A stretch of 60,092 nucleotides of DNA, filler included, from Platydemus manokwari (GCA_037951405.1; 6 parts of 6 records of this genome joined end to end with filler, not necessarily neighbours in it), one strand, 5' to 3'. Positions 40,792 through 55,620 are shown, counted from the whole stretch's first letter. Numbers and translations are program-made. The notes: generated by a model not told the origin, from the letters alone.

Positions 40792-42689
40792 TAAATTTAA
40801 AATTTACATTACTTTNNNNNNNNNNNNNNNNNNNNNNNNNNNNNNNNNNNNNNNNNNNNTTAATTAATTAANNNNNNNNNNNNNNNNNNNNNNNNNNNNN
40901 NNNNNNNNNNNNNNNCAAAGATTTATTACAAAACAAATATATTTATTTATATTTATATTTACTTCATCAATTACCAGGTTAAAATCTAAAAAAGGATATA
41001 GTTATGAAACAATGCGTGTGAAAAAGAGCGTGTGTGCAGGAGCATTCATCTTTGATAATTAATTTTTCATGTTTTAAATGAATTATTATTTATCCATTGA
41101 ATGGAAACAAAATTTCATCAGGCATTATAATTGTTTTCAACATTATTATCGTTAATTACAATTTGTATTTCATTTGAACTGATTTTTCCACTCACAAATA
41201 CGATTTATTTATCAATTTATGACAAATTAAAATTTAACGGACAAGGTTGATCGTCTCATTAAAAATTTGAAAATAATATTTTGTTAAGTTTTAATGAAAT
41301 ATTTATTATTATAAACAAATATAAAATATATAAAATATTAAATAATGATAAATATATATATTTAATAGTTCTTTTTCAGAGTTTTCTACATATGCTAATT
41401 TTTAAACTGAATGATATAATTGTCATTGATAAATACATAAAATCAAACAATAACTACTAAGTTATAAAAATACACTAAATTCTCTTTTTATCCGGAAGAC
41501 ACGATCCGGAAATAGCTACAATTGCACTAGTAAATACAAAAATATCATATAATAACTTCATTAAATCATACAATTAAAGTATTTATGAAAGAATATTTCT
41601 ACTTCCAATTCTGTGAATCGCATCTATTTCATAAATAACAGATTAAAAACGAATCAAATAAATTACATTTAATCCAATTATTTCAACAAATTAAAATTTT
41701 TCATATAAATTCTGAATAATATCTTAGTAATTTTTATTCATTTTAAAATCCTCATCGATTCAATGGTTTTCTAGATCACCATGTATGTCATTTATGAGAA
41801 TATTGTTTCAACTAAAAGGATGGTTTCTGTGAGAATTTTTAAATGAATTTAATTTTTAAAAATTTAATTCAAATTTCATATAAAATAATATCAACTTGTT
41901 TATATAATTGCGTTGAAATATATAATTTGGAGTCGTGACATTTCAGTTCGTTTCCAGAGCTTGTTTTATAAAAATAGTGGCGGCTTACAGTTTCATTAAA
42001 TTCAGAACGAGATTTTAATAATCGATCAATTGTTCAAGAGAACATACATTAATAATACATATCAACTAATTGTTAATCTTATTAAAAATAAACCAACAAA
42101 CAATCATAGACGAAAAAGTTTATTAATAGTTTTTCACGCATGTATTAATTTATAAATGAAGTTATCACGTCAAATCTCTATTGATATAAAGTAATTAAAT
42201 AAATATTTATTAATTAATTATCTGATGTCTTCGAATCACAAATATCTTTTGTCAAGACCTCAAAACATGGAGACAGTCGATTCTATTTGCTTTATTATAA
42301 ATATAAATTCATTAATTCAGTTATTTTAGTAGTGTTTCACACAACAACTTTCAGGACTGTGTCAATATTTCTAATGTCGTAAATATTAAATCATTAAAAG
42401 TATTTCATTAAAATCTGTTCATTTATATTTTTTCACATCATCTAGCGTTTTGATTTTAATATTTATATAATGGATTCACAAAACAATTCAAATAAAATAT
42501 TCCATTATTCAACATTGGTTGACTCAATCGAAATTTTTTGCCAGAATGTTTATAAAAAAGTTAAGAACTCTTTATTTTAATTTTTAGAGAACTTTATAAA
42601 TTTAATGTTAAGTTATTATTTTTGTTTTAATTGCGCCTTTAATATATTTTTACTGATATACTTTAATTTTGCCGATAAAAGCCCTGACA

Positions 42690-43150
42690 TTTTTAAGTGC
42701 AAAAAAAGTTTGAAAAAGTGTCAGTTATCTCAATTTTGAATAGCTGCACAAAAATGGATTTGCATCTTGAAACCTTTGTTTTAGCAATTTAGGCATTTGC
42801 ACAATTACATAACCACACATGCATGATAAGCAACCAATCATAGTTGAGTTTGATGGAGAATGATCATTGGAAAAGATGGCATACCCAAACGGCAACGCAC
42901 ACAGTGATTGACTAATCCCACACATACAAAAACCAAAAGTCCAATAAAAACAATAGAAAATAAAGATCGAATCAAAATTTGTTACAAAAATGACACATTT
43001 ACACACAGATCTCGAGTATGAATACCGATTTAAATAATGGTCAACTGCCAGCTGGAAGTCAAGTTTTGGTTGTATTTTTGTAATACTTTGTAAGTCGTAC
43101 TGATTAGTATGTGAATAAGAAAAAAAGCTTGCAATCTTCTTTTTTGGACT
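42690..43150 (-). mobile_element. Dispersed repeat, probable piggyBac-like transposase 3' remnant
   Basis: Diverged copy of 55790-56140. Minus strand reads QPKLDFQLAV followed by a frameshifted His/Cys-rich tail (DHSPSNS..HACVV..CKCLNC) reminiscent of the piggyBac cysteine-rich domain. Confidence 0.45.
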
Positions 43151-43567
43151 CATCAATTATTTGGTTATTCAGAATTTAGTACAAACAACACTATTTATAA
43201 TATTCTACATTTTATAATTTCGATGTTTATTCAAATTTGTAATATTTATAAGTAGGTTTAATTCGAAAAATAATGACAGGATAAGCATTCTAAATTTTAA
43301 TAATTATATGAATGGGTAACCAAAACTTTATTCCATACACACTCCCCCTTCCATATATAATATGTTTTATTATTGATTATTAAATCACAAAGAATATCAT
43401 GAGATTAAATTAAACATATAATCATAAAGAGTAAATATTCATTGAATGATAAATTGCTTAAAAAATAAAAAAAAATGTTAAACAAATGTTTTAGATTTAT
43501 TATAATCAAACTGGTTTTGTTTTACTTTTATATTATCTGGTTATTTGATATTTATTTTATCATTTAG

Positions 43568-45509
43568 TTTGGTCAAACGACGCAATCAATGGAAAGAAGA
43601 GGAGCAATTATTCATTTCTAATCAACCTGATCCTGATCAGCCACCTGGACACAAGAAAATGCCAGAAAAAGAAAGGCTTGGAACATTAGAACTTCTTAAA
43701 TCAAGTACGTTAAGGAAATTGTTTTTTTCCTATGATAAATGTGAGGATTTTAAAATTAAAATTGAAAAGATTTTTTAAATTAATATCAAAATATAATAAT
43801 TTATTTAAATAGTTGTAGTTAAATAAATATTTTTTTATCATGATTTTCAAGTCGTTTTCAATGTGTGCTTTATAAAATAGCACCGGGTTACATATTGAAT
43901 GACTCATATGGATTTGATTATGAGGTCTATGGCATGAAAATATATTAAAGAACAAGGGAAATATGGAGAAGATTTAGAAAATATATACAGAAGATTTATA
44001 GAAGTCGTATAGAATATATAGACAAGACAAAGTGAAAATATAAAAATGTAGTGAAGATATTGAGAAAATGGAAATGAGATATAAAGTAGAGAAAGTGATA
44101 GAAATTTCCCTTTAGCTAAATATTTCAGAGATAATTTTTATAAATTGATATCAAAACAACAATTTGTTTTAAAATTGTATATAAATATATAATTTTGTGT
44201 CGTGACTTTTCAATCGTTTCCATTGGATGTTTGATAGAATAGTGGCGTGTTTTATAAAATAAGATTTCTAATCAATCTTTATCTACTTTATCATTTATAA
44301 ATTTCAAATCGCTGAAACAATAAAATTAAAACAACATTTAAAATATAATCGATTTAAATTGCTAAAATAAAACATTCATTAAAACAATATAATCAGTGAA
44401 ATGTTTGATAATTTTACAACAATATTGTTTAATTTTGTATCGAATTTATGTGCGATACGAGTACCTGAATTGTTCTCGAATTCCTTTATTCATTCATCAA
44501 TATATTCATCTAAATGATAATTTCACTGTGGATATAATATAATCTCTATAACAAAGCAGTTGGTGAAGATAATTGTAACTGAAAATAATAATTATTATCA
44601 TTAATTTTTATTGACAATTATGGAGAGTAGTTTCATTTATCAAATTGAGCCGATTGAAACAATCATATGTTTAGAGACATGATTAAGAAGGCGCCACTGA
44701 TTGAGGAAGTTAATTTCATGTTTTGAATTATAGATATTGGTGCCATATAATAGCATGTCAAGAATTGTAGATACTTAGAAAAATAGAGCTCAAATTTAAA
44801 TTGATTTCTGGAAGTTTTATAAAACAGTTTTAGTGTTTAGAAAATCTAAGATCTGTTTATCTAATAACAACTTGTGGCTAAATGTAAACAAAATAGATAA
44901 TACGGTCTTCTGTTGTGCGAGTGGTGTTTCACAATATATAGTATAACTGTGTTTCTTTGGATTCATACCGCATTAAACTAAAATAAAAATATCGCGCTGA
45001 TTAAATATTGCAGATAAATAAACTGCAGTGGACAATTTTTTATGAGCAGTAGCGATGATTGAAATTTCTTTCGAATTAAAAGTTCAATTACAAATCACAT
45101 CATCTTATAAACCAATATCATCCATATTTCATTTATTTCTTGATCGTTTGTTAAATTTATTTAAATTTATTTTAAGTCGATATTATTCCAAAACAATGTG
45201 GTATATAATTGTGAACTTTGTTAGAGTTTGGAACCTTCCTTCGACCAATGTTTACAAATTTAAATATTGCCAATGAAACTAATGTTATTAAAAATGTTTT
45301 TGTTTATAAAAATTTTAATTATGTTAACGTGATATTTATTTGGTGTAGCTGAAAAAGATATGCTCACTGAGCTTGGCAGATTGCCTATACGTTCAGACAC
45401 ACTTAAGTTGCGGACAAAGAAACAGGAAATCGAACAGAAGCTCAATGAATTAGAAGAAGCCATAAAAATCTTTTCTAAACCTAAGGTGTTCGTACGAATT
45501 GATGATTGA
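43568..45509 (+). CDS. ENKD1: Enkurin domain-containing protein 1-like, last two coding exons (5' exons not located)
   Basis: Exons 43568-43704 and 45349-45509 joined by a phase-1 GT-AG intron give LVKRRNQWKEEEQLFISNQPDPDQPPGHKKMPEKERLGTLELLKS-TEKDMLTELGRLPIRSDTLKLRTKKQEIEQKLNELEEAIKIFSKPKVFVRIDD*. This matches the ENKD1 C-terminal pattern as I recall it (PDPxxPPGHxxMPExxRLxTL ... EEAIKIFSxPKVFVxxDD). Confidence 0.88.
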
Positions 45510-48500
45510 ATCAAGATTATTTTTTAAATTGGTTTGAAAGATGATTGAGATTTTTTTATTAGTTATATGTACATAATATTAACGACCGGAAGACAATTAT
45601 TTCTCTGATCTAGCACTATTTTGTCATTCAATATGAAAAAAATGTATAAATATTATATATTTTTCCTTAAATATGTTTCACTTTTATTCTAATGTTTGTA
45701 CTTTAATAATGATCTGAAGTTCATGTGTTCAATAAGCTATTTTTATTATCGTTTATTATCAATTTTTAGTAGTACTTCTAGCATTCAAGGTTAACGTGTT
45801 TACTTTCATTTTTTCAATTATAACCTTTATAATCGAATAATCTGATAAGGTCTTGTAAAAGTATTCCAATATCAAGGCTTTATGTAATACAACAACAATT
45901 TGTAATTGATATGTTTCAACACATTCAATATAATCTATACAATCAATTATAAATATTTAATGATTTATTTAATCATAAATCGGTAATAGCAATGAATTTG
46001 TAGTATAATATTACACGATAAATCTACAGGAACAATTAGTTGATTTAAATACAGCGAAATGATAAATTAAAGTGGATAACATTTGATTTCATAAATTCAA
46101 GATACATTCTGATATGATAAATGTAATAAATATATAAACCTTCTTCTATCTTTAATTATTTTCTAATAAATATTTAGAATTTTAATGGAAATTATCAACG
46201 ATATTCGTTATATTTAGTGAAAACTATGCCATGAACTGCAATTTCGCCTTCAAATATAAATTAACGAAACTCATTTGACTTTTATTTTTTAATATTACCA
46301 AATGTTCCATGAAAAATATCGCTTTCATTTGAAAATTCGACAATCAACATGAGAATTTTTGAGTTGGTTTCAATTACATTAGATTTTGAAAAATAAATTT
46401 TAAAAGTACTCATCAGTTAAATATGCGAGTATTATCAGTGTCAAAAATCTATTATTGATTCCATAATTGATAATACATAAAATGATTTAGTTAAATCATA
46501 ACGTATATATTTTTCTATAAAAATGTATTTCGAAATATATTGAATTGATGGTTATTGTTATAAATAAAATTAATTGTTGTTATTTTATAATCATACTATC
46601 AAGAAATTATTCATTTTATCACACTCATCAAATCTAAAATATTCATTCATATATTATTTATTTTATCAAAAATATTATTGATAATTTCATATTATAAAAT
46701 CTATTATTTTAAATCACGCATTGCTATATTCATATAATATCTTTGTCAAAATTGGATTATTACACAAAAATTATAAATCAATTCTCAAAAACATGTTAAT
46801 TTAATAGTTTAAGTTTTATTATCAATCACGAATAAATTTTTACGATAAAATTAAATAAGAATGAACTAAAATTTTTGATTTGTATTGTTATTGTACTTAT
46901 TTCGAATAACTTTCAATGATTTTCAAATACCTTATCTTTTGACGCTGGAAATTAGTAATTTCAAATATTTAGTCGTTGAATTAATTCTTTTATTAATTCG
47001 TAATAAATTACAAAGTAAAGATCCTCTCTATGGTTGAGTGTGAATAAAATCATTTCCATTAGATAATCATGATATAGTTCATTTTAATGAGCAAGCTCAA
47101 ATATTTTATGCAAATATCAACAAATCGCTTATCTTACTAATGGTATAAAAAATACTTAAAAAACTAAAATACGTGGGTTATATTTTAGGCCTACGTATTG
47201 TTGAAAATTACAATTTCAGTCAAATTAAAAATTTAAACTTATTGATTAGATTGTAAAATCTACGAGATAATAATATTAGACACAGTGAATAGGAAATGTG
47301 TTGTTGGTGACTCTATTAAGATGTGCTGTGTTCGATTTCTATATAATAACAATAAAAATAAAATACTCAATAGCATGAGCTTGCTTTTAATTTTCTATAA
47401 TCAGTCTCTGTCGCATATGAATAAAATTCTTATGTCCTGTTTTCCATCACAGTTCTTGAAAACGATTTGTTTCAAAATTAATTAAGACTGAAACAAAGAA
47501 ATTGTAATTGTTGGGTTTTTGGAATAATGACATTGTTTGTTTAGGAGATATGACTCCGAATCTATTTTCTTTTGTGTGCATGAAATTTTTATGGTTATTA
47601 TGTAAATATTTGTGTATATTGGTAGCAATTTCTATTATTAATAATATTTTTCTATTTTGCTTATTTTTCTAGACAGAGTTCGTTAACTTTAAATATAGTA
47701 AAATTAAATTAAATATGAATAATTTTTAAAATGTAAATTAAAGTTATAATTAAAGAACCGACTATTAAAGAATATATAATTTGCCCCGAAAATTAACCCA
47801 TATTTTAAATCTAACAACTAAAGATTACCCCTATTTTAAAATATCTGAATATTCAAAATGGTCTTATAAAATAAATTACATCTATTTAAAATAAAATTTG
47901 GCTGGCAACAAAATAAACATCAATGGAAATAAATTTCCTTTATAAAAATATAATAAACATCATTTTCCACCAGCATATTACAATGACAACCCGCATAAAA
48001 AGAAAATTCATTAGAATTAAAATGAAAAGAACCTGCATTTTACGATTGATACGATCAAGGCGAAGAAAGATCATAAAACAATAGGTTAAGTTGATACCTG
48101 GGGTTATAAGAACACCGTGAGACTGATAAGACTCCGATATTGCCCAAACAAATTCAAATATATAGGAAAACAATAAAACAAAAAAGAGACTGATCCCAAA
48201 TTAAAATTCCAAAATAATGTGGTGACGAAATAAGTTACAATATTTTCGATTTGATATTTCAGCTAAATAAACGCTTAAGTTCCTACTGCCTAGTTTGTAG
48301 AAAAAAAACTTTAAAAAAAATAATAAAACTTGTAAATAAGTATTCTTACAATAATTCTCAAAGAAAATCATTAAAATTTTATTTAAATCAAAATATAAAA
48401 ATTAAAAGAATATTTAAGATCAATTTTTTTAATGACTCGACTTAAAAGTGTGTGACTTCATTATGAAGAGTCCATTTTCGGAAAAACCACCATTATTTCA

Positions 48501-48999
48501 TGGTCGGCAAACTCAGTATCCATCGTAATTCTTTATGTTATTAGTCCGACCACCATCTTTTATGATCGGTAATTTCTGTCATTGGTTTTATCTTTTTAGT
48601 GCTTATTCCGATGTTATCTGAAAACAAATTTACTGAGTTATTTTGGGCTTCGATTTCGGATGTAACAAATTTCTTTAAAGTTTTTTATTTGCAATGACAA
48701 CTTTGAATAATTAGTGTTAGTTTATGATATAGTATCGCTAAATACACTGTAAATTAAAGTTTAACTTTATTAATACCTTTGATCTCAACATGCAAATTAT
48801 AATAATTGATATAGGAAAACCTTGTTTAACTCAAGCCTTTTATTATCAAATTGTATGGGGAACAATGTATGGTATTCTGACCCAGACATATCATTCCTAA
48901 GTCCAATACAGTGGAAGTCATACGAAGAATTGGTAGAAGAAATAACTGGCAAAGAGAAAAATTCAGAAATAAGATACCAACAATGAGAGACTATAAAAT

Positions 49000-50500
49000 C
49001 AATATCGAAAATATGGCCATAATGTGTTGAAGCTTTAAAGAATTTTGAATAGTTAAAGAAAGATGGAGTTGCAGGAGATTTTGATGTATTAATAAAAAAT
49101 AAAATGATCTATGTCTGTATTGGTATAGGCTCGGACGGTGTGACTTCTTCGTACCGTTTGCAACTGTTAATATGTACCCAAATAAGATCGGTATTGCTTT
49201 ATCACATTAAGTGTATCATGGAGTATGTCTCGATGGCCTTTTCTACAACGTAAGGACTATTAAAAAGTCGACTTAATTTCAGAGTAATCATCTTTTTGCA
49301 TGTCTTAGTTTCATCATTACTACTTGTCCCCCTCATTTTTATTTTTATCATATTGTAATGCTAATATTTTAATGAAAGTCACGTCCTTTGTCATACGTCG
49401 ATGAGTCGTTCTTTCATTAGAGTCACGTTGTCTTCTTCCTTCGTGAGAGCTTAAGTACTATTTCCAAATCTATCGGCATTTGGCTGTGTCTTAAGAACCA
49501 TCATTTTGAGCATGTGTACATCATATCCAGTTTGTGAGATACTAGTGTAGAATGCCAACATATTGGTCCACATCCTATTTAATCTTTCTTACAGCCCATC
49601 AGCATGTGGTTGATATGGTGTTCTATTTAATTTGGAAATCTTAAACATATAGTTGATTGAATCTGAAGTATAGTTGAAAAATTCGGTCCTTAGAACAATA
49701 AGTAATATTTTCGTACCGGTAAACAATTTCTTCCACAATGTTTTGTATTGCCTAGCTTGTCCTCTATTGCGGATATCTCAGGGTACGGGCTTACACAATC
49801 AAAAAAATATATAACTGTTACTTAATTAGATCAATGATAGGGAACCAAAGATATTTATTGCCTCTATCTACATTGATGGAGAGGGGATCGGGATCGATCG
49901 CAAAGGTACTCTATTTTTATTACTTTGCAGAACATACCCCAATTTTTTTACTTCTTTTTTCATGCTTTTCCAAATATGCTTAATATAAATTAGCTTCACG
50001 GAGTTCATTGATCATTTCATCTATTAGCGGTAAGGACTAATCATCCTTCCACGTTTGATCATGTATATTGTCCCTTCTTTTTTGACACAATAGGTAACTG
50101 CGACGAAGAATTACTTGTTTATTTTATAAAGTTGTGATCTTCTGTAATCTCCATGTCATACATAGTTAATGGGTTAAATTTATTTCCCTCTCCATATATT
50201 TCTCCAAATATAACGTCTGGTGTAGTTAGTGATTCCGTCATCATCTACTGGGTTTTGCCAAATACTGTTGGTAAAGGGTATTTTTAATTAATTTATCATT
50301 TTTAATATCGTTTCTCACTCGCTTTGCTTTAATAAAGCAAGACTATTATATAATCCAACTATCATAATCTGTAGTGCTAATGTATATAGTTATTGGATTT
50401 CGTTTGTATTGTTTCGTATTGCCAATCCATACTTCTGTAATAGTAATTGGCGATCATTTCTATATAAAGTTCATCGATAACATCGTAGCAACTACGTCAG
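49000..50500 (-). mobile_element. Highly degenerate Gypsy-like pol remnant
   Basis: Minus strand NRTPYQPHADGL*ERLNR (integrase E region, ~49580-49630) and PLSINVDRGNKYL (~49850-49890). Boundaries approximate. Confidence 0.6.
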
Positions 50501-50544
50501 TAACTCAATAGATAAACTAATGTCCCATATAAAGCAAATTATTC

Positions 50545-50705
50545 TGATGGTTTGATTCTTTTGAATCAAAGAACGAATCGAGCCACTTTTTAATGCCTTG
50601 GACTGAAGTGAAACGTATTCCGGAGAGAGCATTCTGCATCGACCGAAACAAATGATAGTCAGAAGGCGCCAAGTCTGGGCTATATGGCGGGTGGGGCAGA
50701 ACTTC
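50545..50705 (-). mobile_element. Well-preserved mariner transposase C-terminal fragment abutting a gap
   Basis: Open frame [50 protein letters not shown] with the canonical YSPDLAPSD motif. Confidence 0.92.
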
Positions 50706-51599
50706 NNNNNNNNNNNNNNNNNNNNNNNNNNNNNNNNNNNNNNNNNNNNTTAATTAATTAANNNNNNNNNNNNNNNNNNNNNNNNNNNNNNNNNNNNNNN
50801 NNNNNAATGGAGATTGCGTAGGCCTACGTATGGTTTTTGTATGTTAGAAATTACTTTATAGATGTAAATACTTTACTATAAACCTACTTCCATGTTTGCC
50901 ATATGTATGTCTTTCTCAATAAATCAATGTACATTTTATGTGCAATAATTTCACATAATTTTCTTACATGTTCATGCTTGCCATTTCATGTACGACTGTA
51001 TTTGTTTTGCAGTAATGTAATTTATCATATTTTCATCATGAGCACCAAAGGTAATATTTATTAAGCGATTTGCTATTTGTCAGAAGTTGCCATTAAAGCA
51101 ACTTGAAGGAGATCCTATTGAGTTTAAGAATTTATTGAAAGATTATTTTAAGGGTCATTAAACACACAGAACGTCCGAGAAAACAATGATTCGGATATTA
51201 CTGCTATATCAAAATCTGATGCCAGAGAAGCATTATGCCAGATAAATTGAGAAATTATTCAAACTTGGTTAAATGTGGAAGAAGCACTAAAGATCCATTT
51301 CATTATCGATTATCTCCAAAACATTTTAGGGTAAAAGTTTTATTGAAAAGTATAAATATCTAATTAATCGGTTAGAAAATTTACTTCTTACTTGTTTTAA
51401 CTTGTGATTGACGAAAAAGCTGGGTAAATGGAGCTGAGAAATTTTATTTTAAAGAATTTATTGTTTCCATATTTCAAAATTATGTGGCACTGTACTGAGT
51501 TTAACTGAATATGCGAGTTAAACGAATTAGTTATTAATACTGTTGAAATTTAAATGAACAAAAATGCATTTAAAAACAAAACAAAATATATGTGATGTT

Positions 51600-52130
51600 C
51601 ATTCGCAGAAACTAACGAGATATCTTCATGAGGAATGCAGCCATATAGGAAATAAGAAATTGGTAGATTACATTCAAAAGATTTATTTCTGGCAAAATAT
51701 GTCATGAAGCATCAAACACGAAGTACGAAATTGTTATATTAGTGCTAAATAGAAGGTACACACTGGATGAACTAAAGAAATTATGATTCAAATGGAAGAG
51801 TTTGATCCTCTGGAACAGATCGTTGTTGATGTTGCGCACTTTGGGGAAATTATGACTAAAACCAAACTGTTGGTTATTATAGATAGATTCAGTAAGTTAG
51901 TAAGCTTGGTGCCACTTATTCGACAAGCTCAGATAAGTATTTCCAAGTATATCATCGATAATTGGATCTATAGATATAAAGTTCCAAAATCAATGCTCAC
52001 TGATTGAGGTAGGGTCTTTGAAATAATGGAAATGAAGGAATTAGCGCTACGTTTTGAATAAAAGCAAGAATGTACCTTCTCAAACCAACATCAGGCAAGT
52101 GGCTTAGCCGAAACAATAATTAACAATAAA
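51600..52130 (+). mobile_element. Gypsy integrase remnant
   Basis: HEECSHIG..FWQNM..VRNC (H2C2 zinc finger), IVVDV, LVIIDRFSK, PKSMLTD*GRVF, QASGLAE (DDE core); in-frame stops. Confidence 0.88.
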
Positions 52131-52519
52131 TTTTGATGGAAACAACAGATGTTTTTACTAATCATTTATGCTCACATTTTATATTATTCATAATATAATT
52201 ATTTATGTATTATATATAAAAATAAATTGTACTAAAAGTATTAACGTGTGATAATAGTAATTCTACTAATTTGGCTACCTCCAACAGATCAATATATGCA
52301 TCATTTGTTAAGAATCATTTAAAAATGTGGGAATTATGATTTGCGTTTCAATAAAATTTCTTCTAAATCTTATTAGGTATACCAACATTGTAAAGTCAAT
52401 AAATTCATACTTTCAACATCAATTATAAATGCGGATAAAATATTGAAACTAAGGCCGTAATCTATTGAACAGGAAAACAGTTATTTCCAACAACATAAAC
52501 TGAAATTATCTCATGATAA

Positions 52520-54341
52520 AACAGCAGAAATTAACGATTAATTAATTAATTAATATTATGTTTAGACGATTAATTTTTTGTTTAACGATAAATCAATCCG
52601 ATTTTCCTATAATGCATTTATAATTGTATCAGAAATCAAGAAGCAATAATAATAATAAGTATTGTAATATGGGTGTCGATAATAATCGACTTATTAAATA
52701 TAGGCCTATATCTGGTCGACTAAATGTACATTTTTGATTTAAATTGTTGGCCGACGAAAGTATTGAAAGTGTGGAAACCGTTTATTGTATTCATTGTGAT
52801 AAATCGTTTGAATATCATGGGTCAAGTAAATCACTCGCTTACCATTTCTAAAACAAACATCCACTACAGTACAAAAAAATAGCATGAAAAGTCTAGTGAG
52901 ATATCATCATCTTCTGCTAAGCAAACTAATCTCAATCAGTTTTGCTATCAGTCTTTTCGTCCAATAAATATTCCCATACAGTATGACATCTAAATGGCAC
53001 TTTCAAACTGAATAGTTAGCAGTGGTATACCAACATAAATAGTAGATGATGATGGACTTCAACAAGTATTATGTACAGCACTTCAAAAATCTGGATGTAA
53101 AATGCCTTCCGGCGTACTATTCATAACTTGTTGACTAGGATGTATAACAGCAAAATTCAAATAGTAAAAGAAGCATTGATGAATTCAAAGGGAGTTGTGT
53201 TAACATCTGACTTTTGGACCTCCATTGAAAATGAAAGTTATTGTAGAATTACTTGCCCCTGGATTACCGATGACTTGTTGTTCTTGAATGTGTAAACATT
53301 GTTGAACGACACTATTCTAATAATGTCGCTGAATTATATAATCAATTTGCAATTGACTGGAATATAACAAACGAAATACAGGCATTAATAACAGATAATG
53401 CGCGAAATATAGTTTTAACTGTTAATAAAGCAAAATTTACTCATATTCCGTGTTTGGCTCATAGCCTGTAACTAAACACATGGGTTAAAAGCAGCGGATA
53501 CTGAATCATTATTAGATAAATGCCCAAAAATTGTTGGGTAAGTCAAACACAGTGCCTCTAATACGATAAATTGCAGGTGTGTGTTGTGTCACCATCATGT
53601 AATTTGCAACAATATGTTTCACCAAGGTGGAATAGTATTTTTATAATGTTGTAAAGTATGCTGCATCCCAGAGAAGCATTAACCGTCTACATGCCAGATG
53701 GAAAGAAAAAATATAAAGGTCCGAAATTGTTATATTCCGATTGAGATAGGATTTCTAAATATGTCAACGTTTTAGATTTATTTTGTCAGGTCATGATCTT
53801 GCTTGGTGATCAAAAGTATGTTTCACGTAGCCATGTATTACAATTGCTATATCATTTGACAAAGCACGTGGCTGTAAACGATGATATTCCTGGATACATT
53901 GCTAGATTCAAAGCAACATCCATTAATAATTTCAAAAAGCGTGTAGCTAATATGTCGAATATTAAAATACTACAGATAACTATAGCACTTGATCCATGCT
54001 ATAAAAGTTTGAAAAAGTTTGAAAAGAACAAACCTGGTTACACATTGAACAACAAATAGCAGGTAATATCAATAGTAATCGATTTGAGACAGATACACAA
54101 AATAGTACAGATGATGACTATAAAATTACATACAAGCTTGGCGAAAAACGTATCAAGCTAATAGAGTCTGACTCAGACCATAAAGAAACATTTGTTTATA
54201 ACTGATTTTTAATTGAATAGGGTTAATTTGCCAATAAATGGAACTATAGAGATTTTTATTATTTAATCTAAATTAACTATTAATTAATTGTTAATTTTCA
54301 AAAATTAAATATTAAATTTTAAATTAATCATTACCAGCTCT
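52520..54341 (+). mobile_element. Degenerate hAT (Ac/ZBED1-like) DNA transposon
   Basis: BED finger VYCIHCDKSFEYHGSSKSLAYHF*NKH, LTSDFWTS, ITDNARN, HIPCLAHSL, PRWNS, ALDP motifs in order with stops and frameshifts; right end ..ACCAGCTCTA (TAGAGCTGG on minus). Left boundary approximate. Confidence 0.9.
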
Positions 54342-55620
54342 AAAAAAACATCCTTCATTTAGGTATATTTAAAATATTTTTCTATTGTATTTCGTCCATT
54401 GATCATTGTAGAACTACTAGTTGCGATTTTCAATTTTTATAACCTCTAATAATTATTTAAACTTCTTGGAAAAGGTATGGAGAAGTGATTGAAAATATGT
54501 CTGGTTTCCTATTCAAAATTCCTTCACCAATACCTCAGACACTAAAGCCCAACAAAATAAATATAAAAGGTATATATAATTCCAAAAGGTTTTTAGCCAA
54601 TATCAAGATGTTAATCCATAAATTATTATGATTCTTCACATCTAAGTTACCAGCTCTTCTTTTAAAAATCACATTAATTCCTGAAATTATATCCCAAAGA
54701 ACGTTTTCAGTATTCATTTGCTGATACTACTAAGATTTCTTTTAGGTTTTTACAAATAGGAAATTATTGAATATGGAGAGGCCATTCCAATTTTTCCAAA
54801 CAGAATTTATAATTCTTCATTTTATATACATTTTTTACTAATAACCATTGGTTTTCGTTTTATTGTCGCACCTTTACCAATAATAAATAAACTGAATTTA
54901 GTTTTTTCAGCTTTCATAATCTAAATTATTCTTTATCAATATTAATTTGCATTCATCTATTTTATTGATTTTCAAATATATAATTTTTATTCTCTACTTT
55001 CAAGCGAATATTATCATAGAAGTTCTCATCATTGTGATGGTTATTCTTATTATTATAGAAATACTTGTTATTTTAATGGAATTTTTTAGTTTTGATTTTT
55101 GTATTTGAATTAAATTAAAAATACGCATTCAGACTAAAATCTGAGAAAAATAGTTAAATATTAATCTTCACTGTCAAGTAAAGATGGAAAATTCATTTGT
55201 TACGTCAAAAAATGAAATGAAATTTTCAATTGATAAATCTCGGATTATTTTCCACAAAATTAACGCAATATTTTTAAAGAATAGTTATTGTCAGTAAAAT
55301 TTTTAAAATTTGAACATCCTTATGTAAGTAAAGAAAATCCCTGAATCATACGAAGGCCAAATAAACAGCTGATTTAAAACATGAAAAAATGAGTAGGCTG
55401 TCAAAATACTCTCGTCAGCTCCGTCGTCATTTTAATCTACTTATTAAAGATTTAAAAAGTTTGACAACTAATAGCCTTTGCCAGTCTAATTAATCGAATA
55501 ATAAAATTTTCTTGTAACATATGAACTGTTAAGGTGATCAAAATATTGATAGTAGGCCATAGTTAATAATTAAGAATAAGCTCTAACGTATCTAAGTTCA
55601 GTAAAGTTTATGGTTGTACT

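Noticed and set aside
45260-45514. 84-aa minus-strand ORF
   Set aside because: Antisense to the ENKD1 terminal exon.
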